A stretch of 63,719 bases of DNA, the filler included, from Octopus bimaculoides (taxonomy: Eukaryota): assembly GCF_001194135.2 (NCBI RefSeq). It is 6 parts of 6 records of this genome, joined end to end, with 100 filler letters (N's around TTAATTAATTAA, not from the genome) between each part and the next. Parts side by side here need not be neighbours in the genome. Positions count along the whole stretch, not along the records: positions 52,299 to 62,467 come from NC_068986.1; positions 62,568 to 63,719 come from NC_068984.1; 4 more parts are not named here. The stretch is one strand, 5' to 3'. Shown here in pieces: positions 52,766 to 63,719 of this stretch. Made by a program: the position numbers and the translations under genes. The stretch's first letter is position 1; each line of letters starts with the position of its first letter. The notes beneath the pieces are model-generated. The model worked only from the letters and a program-made list of their open reading frames with translations, was not told the DNA's origin and made no database searches.

Positions 52766-53596
52766 GTCCTATATGTCTGTTTGTTTCGTAAACTCATGTC
52801 GTTACAATATCTTCTTAGATTCCTTCACGATTATCCTCATGATTTTAAGTTGTGTGCAGATCCAGGAATTTTTGCCTACGTTACGGAGAAGTGGGGAACC
52901 ATATTATAATATCTTCCTAGAGTTTTTCACGATTATCTTCTTGATGTTATGTGGTGTGCAGTTGGTCTTCAAACACCATATGTGTCTAGCTAAGTTATGG
53001 TATTACTAATTTCTATGTGCCGGAAAGTGGATTGCCGGTTTGCTTAACGTCTTTTAACATTGCTTTTCTTAAACCGAAGTAATTTTTATTTCATTTACTT
53101 TATATTCAGGCGATGCTGTGACTTCTGACTTATACACAACGGAATTTATTATTCACGCTTAATCTAGTCAGGAAGCTCCATGTTCTGTTTGGCACGTATA
53201 CCTATGTTCATACAGTATTTCCGCAGCAATAACTTCATTTCCGTGTGTTGTATTTACCATGTATCTTCCCTTCTGGTATATTAAATCTTTGTGAGTAAAA
53301 TTTGCCAGCAGGGAAATGTTTGAACTCCTTGTAACAAGAACAGACTTCACAGCGTGTTATAGATTAAAAAACTCGCAGTTTATCTGCTATGTGGCCCCTG
53401 GATAACATGAACAGTGCCAGCATATTTGCAAACTGCTGTGCAAAGTTTCCGGTGAACGGATAACATTCTTTGAACATATCAATCTCATTCGATTTGAAAA
53501 TGTGTCTTGGTGCTGAGCTTTTTCCTTCCAGCTGAATCATTAGCAATAGCTGATAGCGATATGTTAATATACAGAAATATCTCTGCGTGCGTTTAC

Positions 53597-53627
53597 CTAG
53601 ATAAATGTATACCGGGCTTTGCAACAT
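53597..53627 (-). CDS. Candidate alternative first exon (MLQSPVYIYL + 1 nt)
   Basis: CACCATG start and phase-1 donor CTAG|gtaaac; a CCAAT motif (53830-53834) and an octamer (53871-53878) lie upstream. Confidence 0.2.
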
Positions 53628-54389
53628 GGTGACGCATCTTCAATATATAAACCCGCACTGCTTGTTTTCCGATAAGCTGGAAAATGGTGTGGTGGAGATG
53701 AGTCCCACAAAGTACTGGGAGTTAAAATACCTGAAAGAGAGAAAACTCACTCCGAATCCCAATTCGGTGCAGGTTCGTGGTCATGATAAGTCACAAAAGT
53801 GGCGAAACATCGATGTCCATCGCTTCTGAATTGGCCGCAATTTTGTCGGTGTACAGAAAGAAGACAGGTGATTTGCATAACATCTTTTAATATTGCCTTC
53901 GCATAGAGCGAAGTAATTTTTCATTTCTTGAAGCGTAGACGACACAGTTTATCAAACACACTTGGTCAAGTAGGCAACGTTCAATGTCTCGATAGTTAGA
54001 ACAAGGAGTGGAATCACACTCAGGCTTGTGAGTAATAATTTCCTTCATAGTGGGGCAGCAGCTGTAAACTATTTTTATCGAGCGCTTAGAATAATCTTTG
54101 TGTATTTATGGTTTACTGGCAAATGCTTATCTAAAAGATTCAGGAAACTTTTGCTTACGTTACTCTTTCTTTTACTATTTTACTTGTTTCAGTCATTTGA
54201 CTGTGTCTATGCTGGAACACCGCCTTTTTTTAGTCGAGCTACTCGACCACAGGACTTACTCTTTGTAAGTCTAGTACTTATTCTATCAGTCTCTTTTTCC
54301 CACCCGGTAAGTTACAGGGACGTAAACACACCAGAATCGATTGTCAAGCGATGTTGGGGGGACAAACACAGGTACATACACACACATAT

Positions 54390-54419
<30 letters not shown>

Positions 54420-54425
<6 letters not shown>

Positions 54426-54840
54426 AGTGCCAATTAAGCAGTCGAGTTGATGTAATCGGCTTACTCTTTCCCGCAAAATTGTTAGGCTTGTGCCATAGAT
54501 TGAAATCAATATTATGAATTGGCTGTAAGGCGGAATGGTGATCACATCGGCCAAAATTCTTAGCTGTATTTCGCTTGCCACTACATTCTGAGTTCAACTT
54601 CCATCGTGGTCGACTTTGCCTTTCATCTGTTCGGGGTCTATAAATTATGTACCACTGAGGTCGATGTCATCGACTAGTCCCGTATCCACAAATTTCGGGC
54701 GTTGTGCCTTTAGTAGAGAAGAAAATAATGAACTGGCTGTAAGGCAGCAAGCTGGCAGAATCATTAACACAACGGTCAAAATGCTAACCAGCATTTCGTC
54801 TGTCTTTATGTTCCGAGTTGAAATGCCGCCGAGGTCAACA
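54420..54840 (+). mobile_element. Three decayed tandem family A SINE copies
   Basis: A tail fragment, a near-full copy and a head fragment in the same orientation. Confidence 0.7.
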
Positions 54841-54857
54841 ATACATTTCATTGTTTC

Positions 54858-55040
54858 AGTCACCGTTTCTCTCAATAGCAATGTTCCACCTTCGAATGAG
54901 ACCATGTATCCCTTCCCCGTAAAATTCTGTTGACTGTTCTTTGAGCCACTTCTTCACTACAGTTTTCACTTCCTCGTCGCTGGAATAATATTTGCCTCTC
55001 AAGCCCTCTTTCATGGGGCCGAAGTGATGATAGTCTGAAG
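54858..55040 (-). mobile_element. Mariner transposase C-terminal fragment
   Basis: PSDYHHFGPMKEGLRGKYYSSDEEVKTVVKKWLKEQSTEFY/GIHGLIRRWNIAIERNGD; PSDY is part of the mariner YSPDLAPSDY motif. Confidence 0.85.
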
Positions 55041-55054
55041 GCGCTAATGTATTG

Positions 55055-55301
55055 CAGTGACGCGGAAGTGAAAACTATAGTGAAGCAGTGGCTCAAAGAA
55101 CAGTCAACAGAATGTTACGGGGCAGGGATACATGCTCTCATTCGAAGGTGGAACATTGCTATTGAGAGAAATGGTGACTATGTTGAGAAGTAGGGATGTA
55201 ACCCACAGAGGACCAGCTTCATTTTGATGTATGATACATGTTTCTGTGTTGGTAAAAACCTGTCCTAAACGAAATGGCATTACTTTTTGACTCACATTCG
55301 T
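55055..55301 (+). mobile_element. Mariner 3' end with TIR, inverted relative to the previous fragment
   Basis: Same C-terminal coding segment through ...NGDYVEK*, then TIR-like ttactttttgactcacattcgTA. Confidence 0.85.
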
Positions 55302-57159
55302 ATGTATGTATGTATGTATGTACGTATGTATGTATGTATGTGTGTGTGTGTATGTATGTGTAAATGTATGTATGTATGTTTGTATATATATTGTGCTAGC
55401 GTAATATGCTATTCTGAAATTTATCTTTTAGTTGCGTTCTGCTGTAAGATGTTTTCTGCTGTGTACATTATCTTCCAATCAGAATTCTCTTTTCTTGTTT
55501 TGTTTCTTTGTTTTTTTTTATTTTCTGGTCTTGGCATTCATTTTTATTCGTTTGATTTTAAAGATGCACATTTTTGCGATTGAAAATTCTATTTCCTTAA
55601 TTTCTGAATAGCTATGGTGAATCTCCTCTTCTCACATTAGCAAGTTTGATTGTCTTATGTTGCGTGACAGCATTTAATTTAAGTGTAAAACAGTAGTTTT
55701 TATAGCTTCTGTGGACTCAGTTTGCTCTCATCCATTTCTATACCGCATATTTGTTCCAATTGTTCATTTTGCTTTGGCAGCAAACTAGGTGTTTCTGCCT
55801 GGCTGTGTGCGTGCGTGTGCATGTATCTATGTACGATTATGTGTTTATATGGTAATATATCCTTACCGTGTTTATTTCGAGATTGAACATTTTTTAAAAT
55901 TACTTTATGAAGCAATCTAATCCAGTAAAATTAATATTAATGAAATTAATTATATCTGGAACACAGTTACTTAACTGTGTTCCTACGTTCATCCCTTATA
56001 AATTATACACTCTAACTTCCACCCACCACATCACTACAATATAATATGATAAGAAAAAGACGTTATCGTATATGCAACGTAGTTTATAACATAATATTAA
56101 TAACCTTATTGTAAATTAACCTTAGATTCCTTAAACCAATATTAAATGAAATACAACTAACAAAAATGAGAAAATTGATAAATTTTTGTTCAACCATAAA
56201 CTTATTTTCCATATGAGAATCGAATACACTCATGGAGATCTTGAAATGGTCCCATAGTGTGGATATTTCTCCCAGATATCTTCAACTATTATTACCTAAC
56301 ATTCTAAAGAAATACATACCTATAATCAATTTAATCAAACTATAACAACACTATATAAAAATGAATATTATTAACTATTTATCAAAAACAATACGATTAA
56401 ATACTCTATTTTATACTCATTTATTTCCAGATTAAAATTTGCTGATTCGGTTTTCAGAGACGATCAGAGATTTTTGATCTGCTTGGTCGTTATAATATTC
56501 ACAGCAGTGTAATACGGTGTTATTGTCTTCCTTCAATAAGCGAATAAATACTCTGGATATTTCACCTGCGATAACTATTCGTTATATCATCAGTGATAAT
56601 CTTAATAGTGGTAATCTTCCAACGGTTGCCTTTACTTCCGATACAACATGTACGTATAATAAAATCGTTATTCTGTTTCTCGTTAATATAACTTCTATAT
56701 GTTTTCCCTTTGGGAATTGTCATATGTTTTTTGCTAGTTAACCACACACACACGCACACACATGATATACTTGGTTTTCACAGGATGAGTGTCGAAAGGT
56801 TCAGACAATGGAAAATAAATTCAGAGTAATAATAATAATAATAATAAATTTAAGGGAAAACCAAATGTATAGCGCGTGTGCTTGATTAGGGAATATATTA
56901 CTATCCCAAAACATAGCAATGTTTATTTTAACACACGATTCCACATCAAGAATCTTGCAAACAAATGCATAAGTGTATTCCTTGTTTTATTTGTTATTCC
57001 TGGTGTTTTTGTATGCCGATGTTATTTCACCCAAGGCCAGCCTTAATCCAGCTCAACTACATAAAAGGAAAAGATTATCTTTTGCTTTTCAATACATCTA
57101 GGGTCATACATAATATTCTATATGTTTTTCGATTTTAAAGTCAGTATTCTTATTTATTT

Positions 57160-57600
57160 ATTACCCACAAGGGGCTAACATAGAGGGGACAAACAAGGGC
57201 AGACAAAGGGATTAAGTCGATGACATCGACCTCAGTGCGTAACTGGTACTTAATTTATCGACACCGAAAGGATGAAAGGCAAAGTCGACCTCGGTGCAAT
57301 TTGAACTCAGGACATAACGGCAGACGAAATACCGCTAAGCACTTCGCCCGGCGTGCTAACGATTCTTATTTCTTTATTGCCCACAAGGGGCTAAACACAC
57401 AGAGGACAAACAAAGACAGACAAAGGGATTAAGTCGATTACATCGACCCCAGTACGTAACTGGTACTTAATTTATCAACCCCTAAAGGATAAAAAGCGAA
57501 GTCGACCTCGGCGGAATTTGAACTCTGAGCATTGCGACAGACGAAATCCCGATAAGTATTTCGCCCAGCGGGCCAATGTTTCTACCAGCTCGCCGCCCTA
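57160..57600 (-). mobile_element. Head-to-tail dimer of family A SINE, both copies with the variant tail
   Basis: Two units; junction ...gggcaataaagaaataag|aatcgttagcacgccggg. Confidence 0.9.
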
Positions 57601-58907
57601 AGTCAGTATTCTTTTCTGTTTTGCTTATAAACTTTGTGTTGAGTCTGATTATTGTGTATTATTCGGGGTTATTGATCAGTAATACATCGAAAATGCAGGT
57701 ACCACTTCACTAAACATTTTATCGTTACAGTTATTGCTTAATATCGTCGACCATTTGCTGTCAAATATTTTGATCCTTGAAAAATAAGATTCCTGTTGTC
57801 TATAATTATATACCAGGTCAATTTCGGGAATTTACTCTGATGTAAGTAGAAAGCAACCAGAAATGACGATATTGATGTTTTATTCGTTGATTATACCGCC
57901 TATTAGTGCAGCTAGGTTCTTGCTTGATTATTTTAATATGGTAATGTTTTTGCGTGTGTGTGTGTGTGTGTGTACGCGCTGATCTTACTTCGGTAAAATC
58001 AGATCTCTGATTCATGCACTTAGTTCAGAGGTTTAGTGCCATTGTTGGCTTTCATATTGGCACACTACATCTCTGACAATCTGACCGGATACTGGTCATA
58101 AATAGGTTTGTCTACACATTTTACATTTCTTTAGTGTTTTTTTTTTCCAAGATTTTTATTGATTTTTATCTTTCGATTTTTTTTTACCTTTTATGTTGCA
58201 TTGTTCTTATCGAGCAATTTTTCCTCGCTATAATGAGTTTCTATTTTGAACTTTCGGTAATTTATTGTTTCTTGTGACAGAGAACATTTTATTCTTTTAT
58301 TTTATTATATATATTTTTTTTATATCAGATAGTTCCTAAGGTCTTTTTTTTTTTCTTGCAAAGCACGCCGAGGTTGCAATGTAATAAAATATTTATTTTG
58401 CATCGAACTTCTAGCTTCTTTCATGTTGTACTTTAACGCCAGGTCAGATGTTTTCAGCTAACTAGTATGAAAGGCGTTTCACTCATGACTATTTCGGTTA
58501 TTTCTACATCTCGAATCATTGTCTAGTGTGCCCTTCTTTTGTTTAGTCAGGACGTTGTGGTTGAAGATATTTTTAGCTGTTGTTCATAGTGATTTTTTTA
58601 CTTTTGAGAGAGAGTAGAAAATAATTTCCGCTTCCTTTCATAATTTTTCTTAAGAAAGATCTATCTTACCTCAACATGCATTTTTAAATTACATTTCTAA
58701 TGTTGTAATATCTATGCTATTTAGTCCATACTGTAACTTATTACTGGGATGACTGATAGCTAATATCAGTAATAGTTTATCCAATATTTCATCAAAAAAG
58801 TATTAGATAAGGCAAACCCCTACAATAGCAAACCTAAAAATAAATCTTAAAAGACACTTACGAAAATAATATGGCTCCGCACCTCTCCCTAAATGTTAAT
58901 ACTAGGA

Positions 58908-59030
58908 GTAGGAGTGGCTGTGTGGTAAGTAGATTGCTTACGATCCACGTGGTTCCGGTTTCAATCCCATAGCCTCGGGCCGACTAAAGTCTTGTGAGTG
59001 GATTTGTTAGACAGAAACTGAAAGTAAATG
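58908..59030 (+). mobile_element. SINE module B, internally deleted
   Basis: gtaggagtggctgtgtggtaag...tagcctcgggccgac..aagtcttgtgagtggattt. Confidence 0.75.
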
Positions 59031-59353
59031 GTATACGTAAATAACAGTGAAGGTATTTAGCAATTAACCATCACAAATAAGATATCAACGATAAAACAGA
59101 AATAAAAGTTTGCTGCTTGAAGATTTTCGTTTGATAAGATCTTGTGGATCCAGGAATGATTTGAAAAGGAATAATTACTGTATTTAACAGATGATGAATT
59201 ATGTACATGATTTACATTTGACGGATATTTGTCCTCATCATGTTTGTTGCTAACACAACGTTTCTGCTGATATAACCTCCAGCCTTCATAATGTGTGTTG
59301 GGGAAATTTCCAGCCTGGATTCTCATTCCTAAGGTATTTTTCGATGTTATCAC

Positions 59354-59407
<54 letters not shown>

Positions 59408-59417
59408 TATAATGATG

Positions 59418-59469
<52 letters not shown>

Positions 59470-59507
59470 TAATAATAATAATAATAATGATAATAATAAT
59501 AATAACA

Positions 59508-59572
<65 letters not shown>

Positions 59573-60182
59573 TATTATTATTATTATGATTCAGTTCACT
59601 GCTTGGAATCGAACTCGGGTATATGGTGTAGTGTTCAAGAGCGCGGGCTACTAACTGCAAGATTCCGTGTTCGATTACAAGCAGTGGTTCCAAGCGGAAA
59701 TTTTCTTGAAAAACCATTGAAACCGGTGTGAGAGAGTTGTACTCGCTCTAGAGATCATGTGATGTTATTACTCCCAACCAAATAATGACCACTCGTATCA
59801 TCAATGATGTCAGGTAGTGGTGCTAATCAGTTTTCCGTTTATTTCCCAGGATATGGAAGTGTAAACGGCTGGAAGAAATATCGCACACATGCTGTGTGGT
59901 GCTTAAAAATACTCCACTAAACCACCGAGGAAACACTCGGTGATTTTTATGAATCCCTGAGAGAATGGAAGAGAAAAATTCCCCTAGTGGGATTTGATCT
60001 GAAAGCGTAGACTGTCGTAGAAAATATTACAAGACATTTTGTAGTTCTGCGCTGTAACGATTCTGCTATTTCAGATGTGTTAAAAATAAAACAACTATTT
60101 AAGGAAAGCAATAATGCAATACAATGCGATACATGTAAATCAAAACACGACACACACGCAGGCACACACACACATCAATTCG

Positions 60183-60228
<46 letters not shown>

Positions 60229-60238
60229 NNNNNNNNNN

Positions 60239-60279
<41 letters not shown>

Positions 60280-60361
60280 CGCACATTATAAAATAATACC
60301 GAATAAGCACATCACTCTTGCCATATGTCAAAGGGACCTTCTTGGATTCGTAGTGTTCTGA

Positions 60362-61893
60362 AGAAAATCAACAGAAATATAAAAATTACAGCAATAAGAC
60401 ATTATTATATAAGATTTTTTTTAAAGCGAAGACTTACATATATCAGCTAAGAAAAAAAGAATGCCTTATTGAATACTGAAATATTTAAAATTAGGGATAC
60501 TAAAACAATAAGATACTAAAACAATAAGAAAAATCTGAACTGGTAACACCATAGTTGTGGCGAATGCATAAGCCTGAGAAAAGAAAAGAAAAGCACCGAA
60601 GGTGTTTTGAATAGATAAGCAAAAACCATTTACATGGAAGTATAAGGAAAACAAGCCCATAAATGTAGAAAAAGCTTTGACAAAGACGAAGTACAAGATG
60701 TTTGGAAATAAATATGGAAATAGAAAAATAAGCAGAAAGCCATAAAATAAATGAAACTATCTGCGGAACAAAACCAACACTAATCTGTGTTATATCGCAA
60801 AATAAAAGAAAAAGGTGTGCATTTATTATAGATGAGGCCATTAGTGTGACAGAGTAGCATTAGAAAAACCGCATGGATAGTCAAAATCCAAACGCTCTGC
60901 ATAAAACATCCATAATCTCTAGACTATGTTTTAAAAGAAAATGATATCAAATTCCAGAATGAAAATCAGTCATACACTCCAAAAAATGACAGAAACTGGT
61001 GACGTACAGAACTATGACATAAAAATATCATTTCTTCCTTATAGAAAATTCTGAAATTAACGTTAATTAAGCAGATATATGAATGCATTAATCTTAAAAA
61101 TAATTTTAAAAATGTTATACTTATATGTATAACCTAATGGTTACTGAAGATACTTATTTATATTCTTGTAAAAATTCAGCTATTAATTAACGACAACATT
61201 ACAAGATTGTATGCGGGGATAGGAATTATTTTTAGAGAGGTTGCATGTAATATGCCCCGTGTGGGCTAAGATTGTTTAACCATGGAGGTTTTCATTGAAT
61301 GTCGACGTATCTATTGTTACTAGTATGTTACATTGACCAAATGGGTTACAGTTCCGAAATAAAGAACCCGAGCATGTTCATAATATAGTAAGAAATGATA
61401 TATCAGTAACGTCATACACATCATGAAAACATGTCTCAGTTTTGCAGCCATATATATTCTTGTAAATATATGAGTAAATTAAAACTTTTCTTAATTCGTT
61501 AATTCTACGACATAGGGACAATTTTCTAAATAATTTCTTACTGTAATTAATAGCTAAATTGCGTCTCAGTTGTTATAGAGAAAATCAACAGAAATATAAA
61601 AATTACAGCAATAAAACATTATTATATAAGATTTTTTTTAAAGCGAAGACTTACAAATATCAGCTAAGAAAAAAAGAATGCCTTATTGAATACTGAAATA
61701 TTTAAAATTAGGGAAGGGTAATCTACCAGAGATACTAAAACAATAAGACAAATCTGAACTGGTAATACCATAGTTGTGGCGAATGCATAAGCCTGAGAAA
61801 AGAAAAGAAAAGGACCGAAGGTGTTTTGAGTAGATAAGCAAAAACCATTTACATGGAAGTATAAGGAAAACAAGCCCATAAATGTAGAAAAAG
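60362..61893. repeat. Pair of about 313-bp direct repeats (60362-60674 and 61579-61893) about 0.9 kb apart
   Basis: Near-identical by eye, with a few substitutions and one short divergent patch. Confidence 0.92.
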
Positions 61894-62676
61894 TTGCCGG
61901 GTTTTCAATCTTGTGGATTTTATATTCAATTGAGTTTTATATATAACAGAAAATGAAATGTAGATATAAAATTGTGACTTCTATAATAAAGCATTTGTCT
62001 CAAGGAGAGGACCGAATAAATTTGTTTACAGAGTGCATGTTGCCAGTTGAGAAGTCATATGGGTTATGGATTGAAGTTTCTACTTTATTCATTATGACAA
62101 AAAGCAAACATCATAGCAAGTTCTAAGATGAAAAAAAAAAAAGAATAACAAGATATCACCACCACAAAAAAAAACAACTGCAACACAAAATAAAACATAA
62201 CACCTATTTCAGTGTGGATTTTGTCTTTCACAACTACGAAGAGCTAAGGTGAACCGTGTAACGGTGACTAATTCAAACGTACTCAAATGCCATATATACA
62301 AGTGCACATTTAAATCAGATAAGCATAGAATGATCTCGATACCAATAAGGGTTAACTAATATTAACATGCGAAACGACATAATTAATTGGATATGAATAT
62401 ATCCCAATCTCTAAGCTGATCTTAAAGTGTGATTAAGCATCAAAACATCTATATGTAGATATATATANNNNNNNNNNNNNNNNNNNNNNNNNNNNNNNNN
62501 NNNNNNNNNNNTTAATTAATTAANNNNNNNNNNNNNNNNNNNNNNNNNNNNNNNNNNNNNNNNNNNNTGTATATATATATATATTTATATATGTATATAT
62601 ATATGTATATATAGGTATATATATGTATATATAGGTATATGCATGTATATGTATATATATGTATATATATATGTAT

Positions 62677-63635
62677 ATCATCATCATCATCCTTTAACGT
62701 CCGCTTTCCATGCTAGCATGGGTTGGACGATTTGACTGAGGACTGGTGAACCGGATGGCTCCAATCTGACCTGGCAGAGTTTCTACAGCTGGATGCCCTT
62801 CCTAACGCCAACTACTCCGAGAGTGTAGTGGGTGCTTTTACGTGCTACCGGCACGAGGGCCAGTCATACGGTACTGGCAACGGCCACACTCAAAATGGTA
62901 TTTTTTACATGCCACCCGCACAGGAGTCAGTCCAGCGGCACTGGCAACGATCATGGTAACGATCATGCTCAAATGGTGCTATTTACGTGCCATAAGCACG
63001 GAAGCCAGACAGCTGCTCTGGCAACGATCACACTCGAACGGTGCTGTTAGTGCTCCAATGGCACAGGTGCCAGTCATCGAATTTGGTTCAATTACTATTT
63101 CGATTTCACTTTCCCCAACAGGTCTTCGCAAGAAGAGATTAGTGTCCAATGAAGGAGAGGTTGGCATGGGTACCAGTCGTCGAATTTGGTTCGATCTCGT
63201 TTTCAAATTCACTTACCTCAACAAGTATTCGCAAGCAGACTTTAGTGTCCAATGAAGGAAAGGATGTGGCACTTTTTCACACAGCTATCCTCATCCATTC
63301 TTGCCACATGTTCATACCAGCACAATTGTCTCTCTTGCACAACACAACTGATGCTTCTTAGGTCTAACTTTTCTTTCAAGGTACTTACACTCTGTCGAGT
63401 ATGCACACTGACATTACACATTCATCGGAGCATACTGGCGGGGGATGAGGACTGAACCTTGGTGGACCCCAACCTCTACCCGGAATTCTTCACTGTACTC
63501 GTTGCCAACCCTCACCTTACTGGCAGCGTCCCTATGCACAGCTCTCACTAACCATTTATCTTTCCCTAGTTTCCTCATTGACCATCAGATAAGGGATCGG
63601 GGGACCCTGTGAAAGGCTTTCTCCATGTCAACGAG
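62677..63635 (-). mobile_element. Internally deleted RTE LINE derivative ending in family D 3' sequence and (GAT)n
   Basis: LVDMEKAFHRVPRSLI*WSMRKLG..WLVRA...SKVRVGNEYSEEF.VEVGVHQGSVL jumps directly to C-terminal ...LKEKLDLRSISCVVQERQLCWYEHVARMDEDSCVKKCH. Confidence 0.85.
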
Positions 63636-63719
63636 TGTGTATCTATATGTCTATGTATGTATATATATGTATGTATACATATATATATGTATATGTATGT
63701 ATGTATGTATGTATGTATG

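Noticed and set aside
56562-56759. Minus-strand ORF with a donor-like end as a further upstream stomatin exon
   Set aside because: The donor would be phase 2, incompatible with the phase-1 exon 2 acceptor, and there is no homology

Overview
AT-rich, microsatellite-saturated, gapped animal genomic DNA. The repeat style suggests a coleoid cephalopod, probably an Octopus draft assembly (inference). The one clear protein-coding gene is a minus-strand stomatin/MEC-2-like (band 7, SPFH) gene. I reconstructed eight exons by hand (51541 to 42125) with GT-AG sites and consistent phases, about 250 codons. Its C-terminus falls in an assembly gap, and there is a possible extra terminal exon at about 38.6 kb and a possible alternative first exon at about 53.6 kb. 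The rest is tRNA-derived SINEs (often in co-oriented clusters and dimers), RTE and R4/Dong-like LINE fragments, Tc1/mariner remnants, Penelope-like repeats, and micro/minisatellites. The most notable observations are: several minimal type-I hammerhead-ribozyme-like motifs; a degenerate 100-125 bp tandem array at 29.5-30.8 kb that reads like a decayed repeat-protein gene; a minisatellite of self-complementary units; and several near-perfect inverted repeats in or near the gene. Almost all ORFs in the supplied track are microsatellite or gap artefacts. Coordinates of repeat copies are approximate; exon coordinates were counted base by base.
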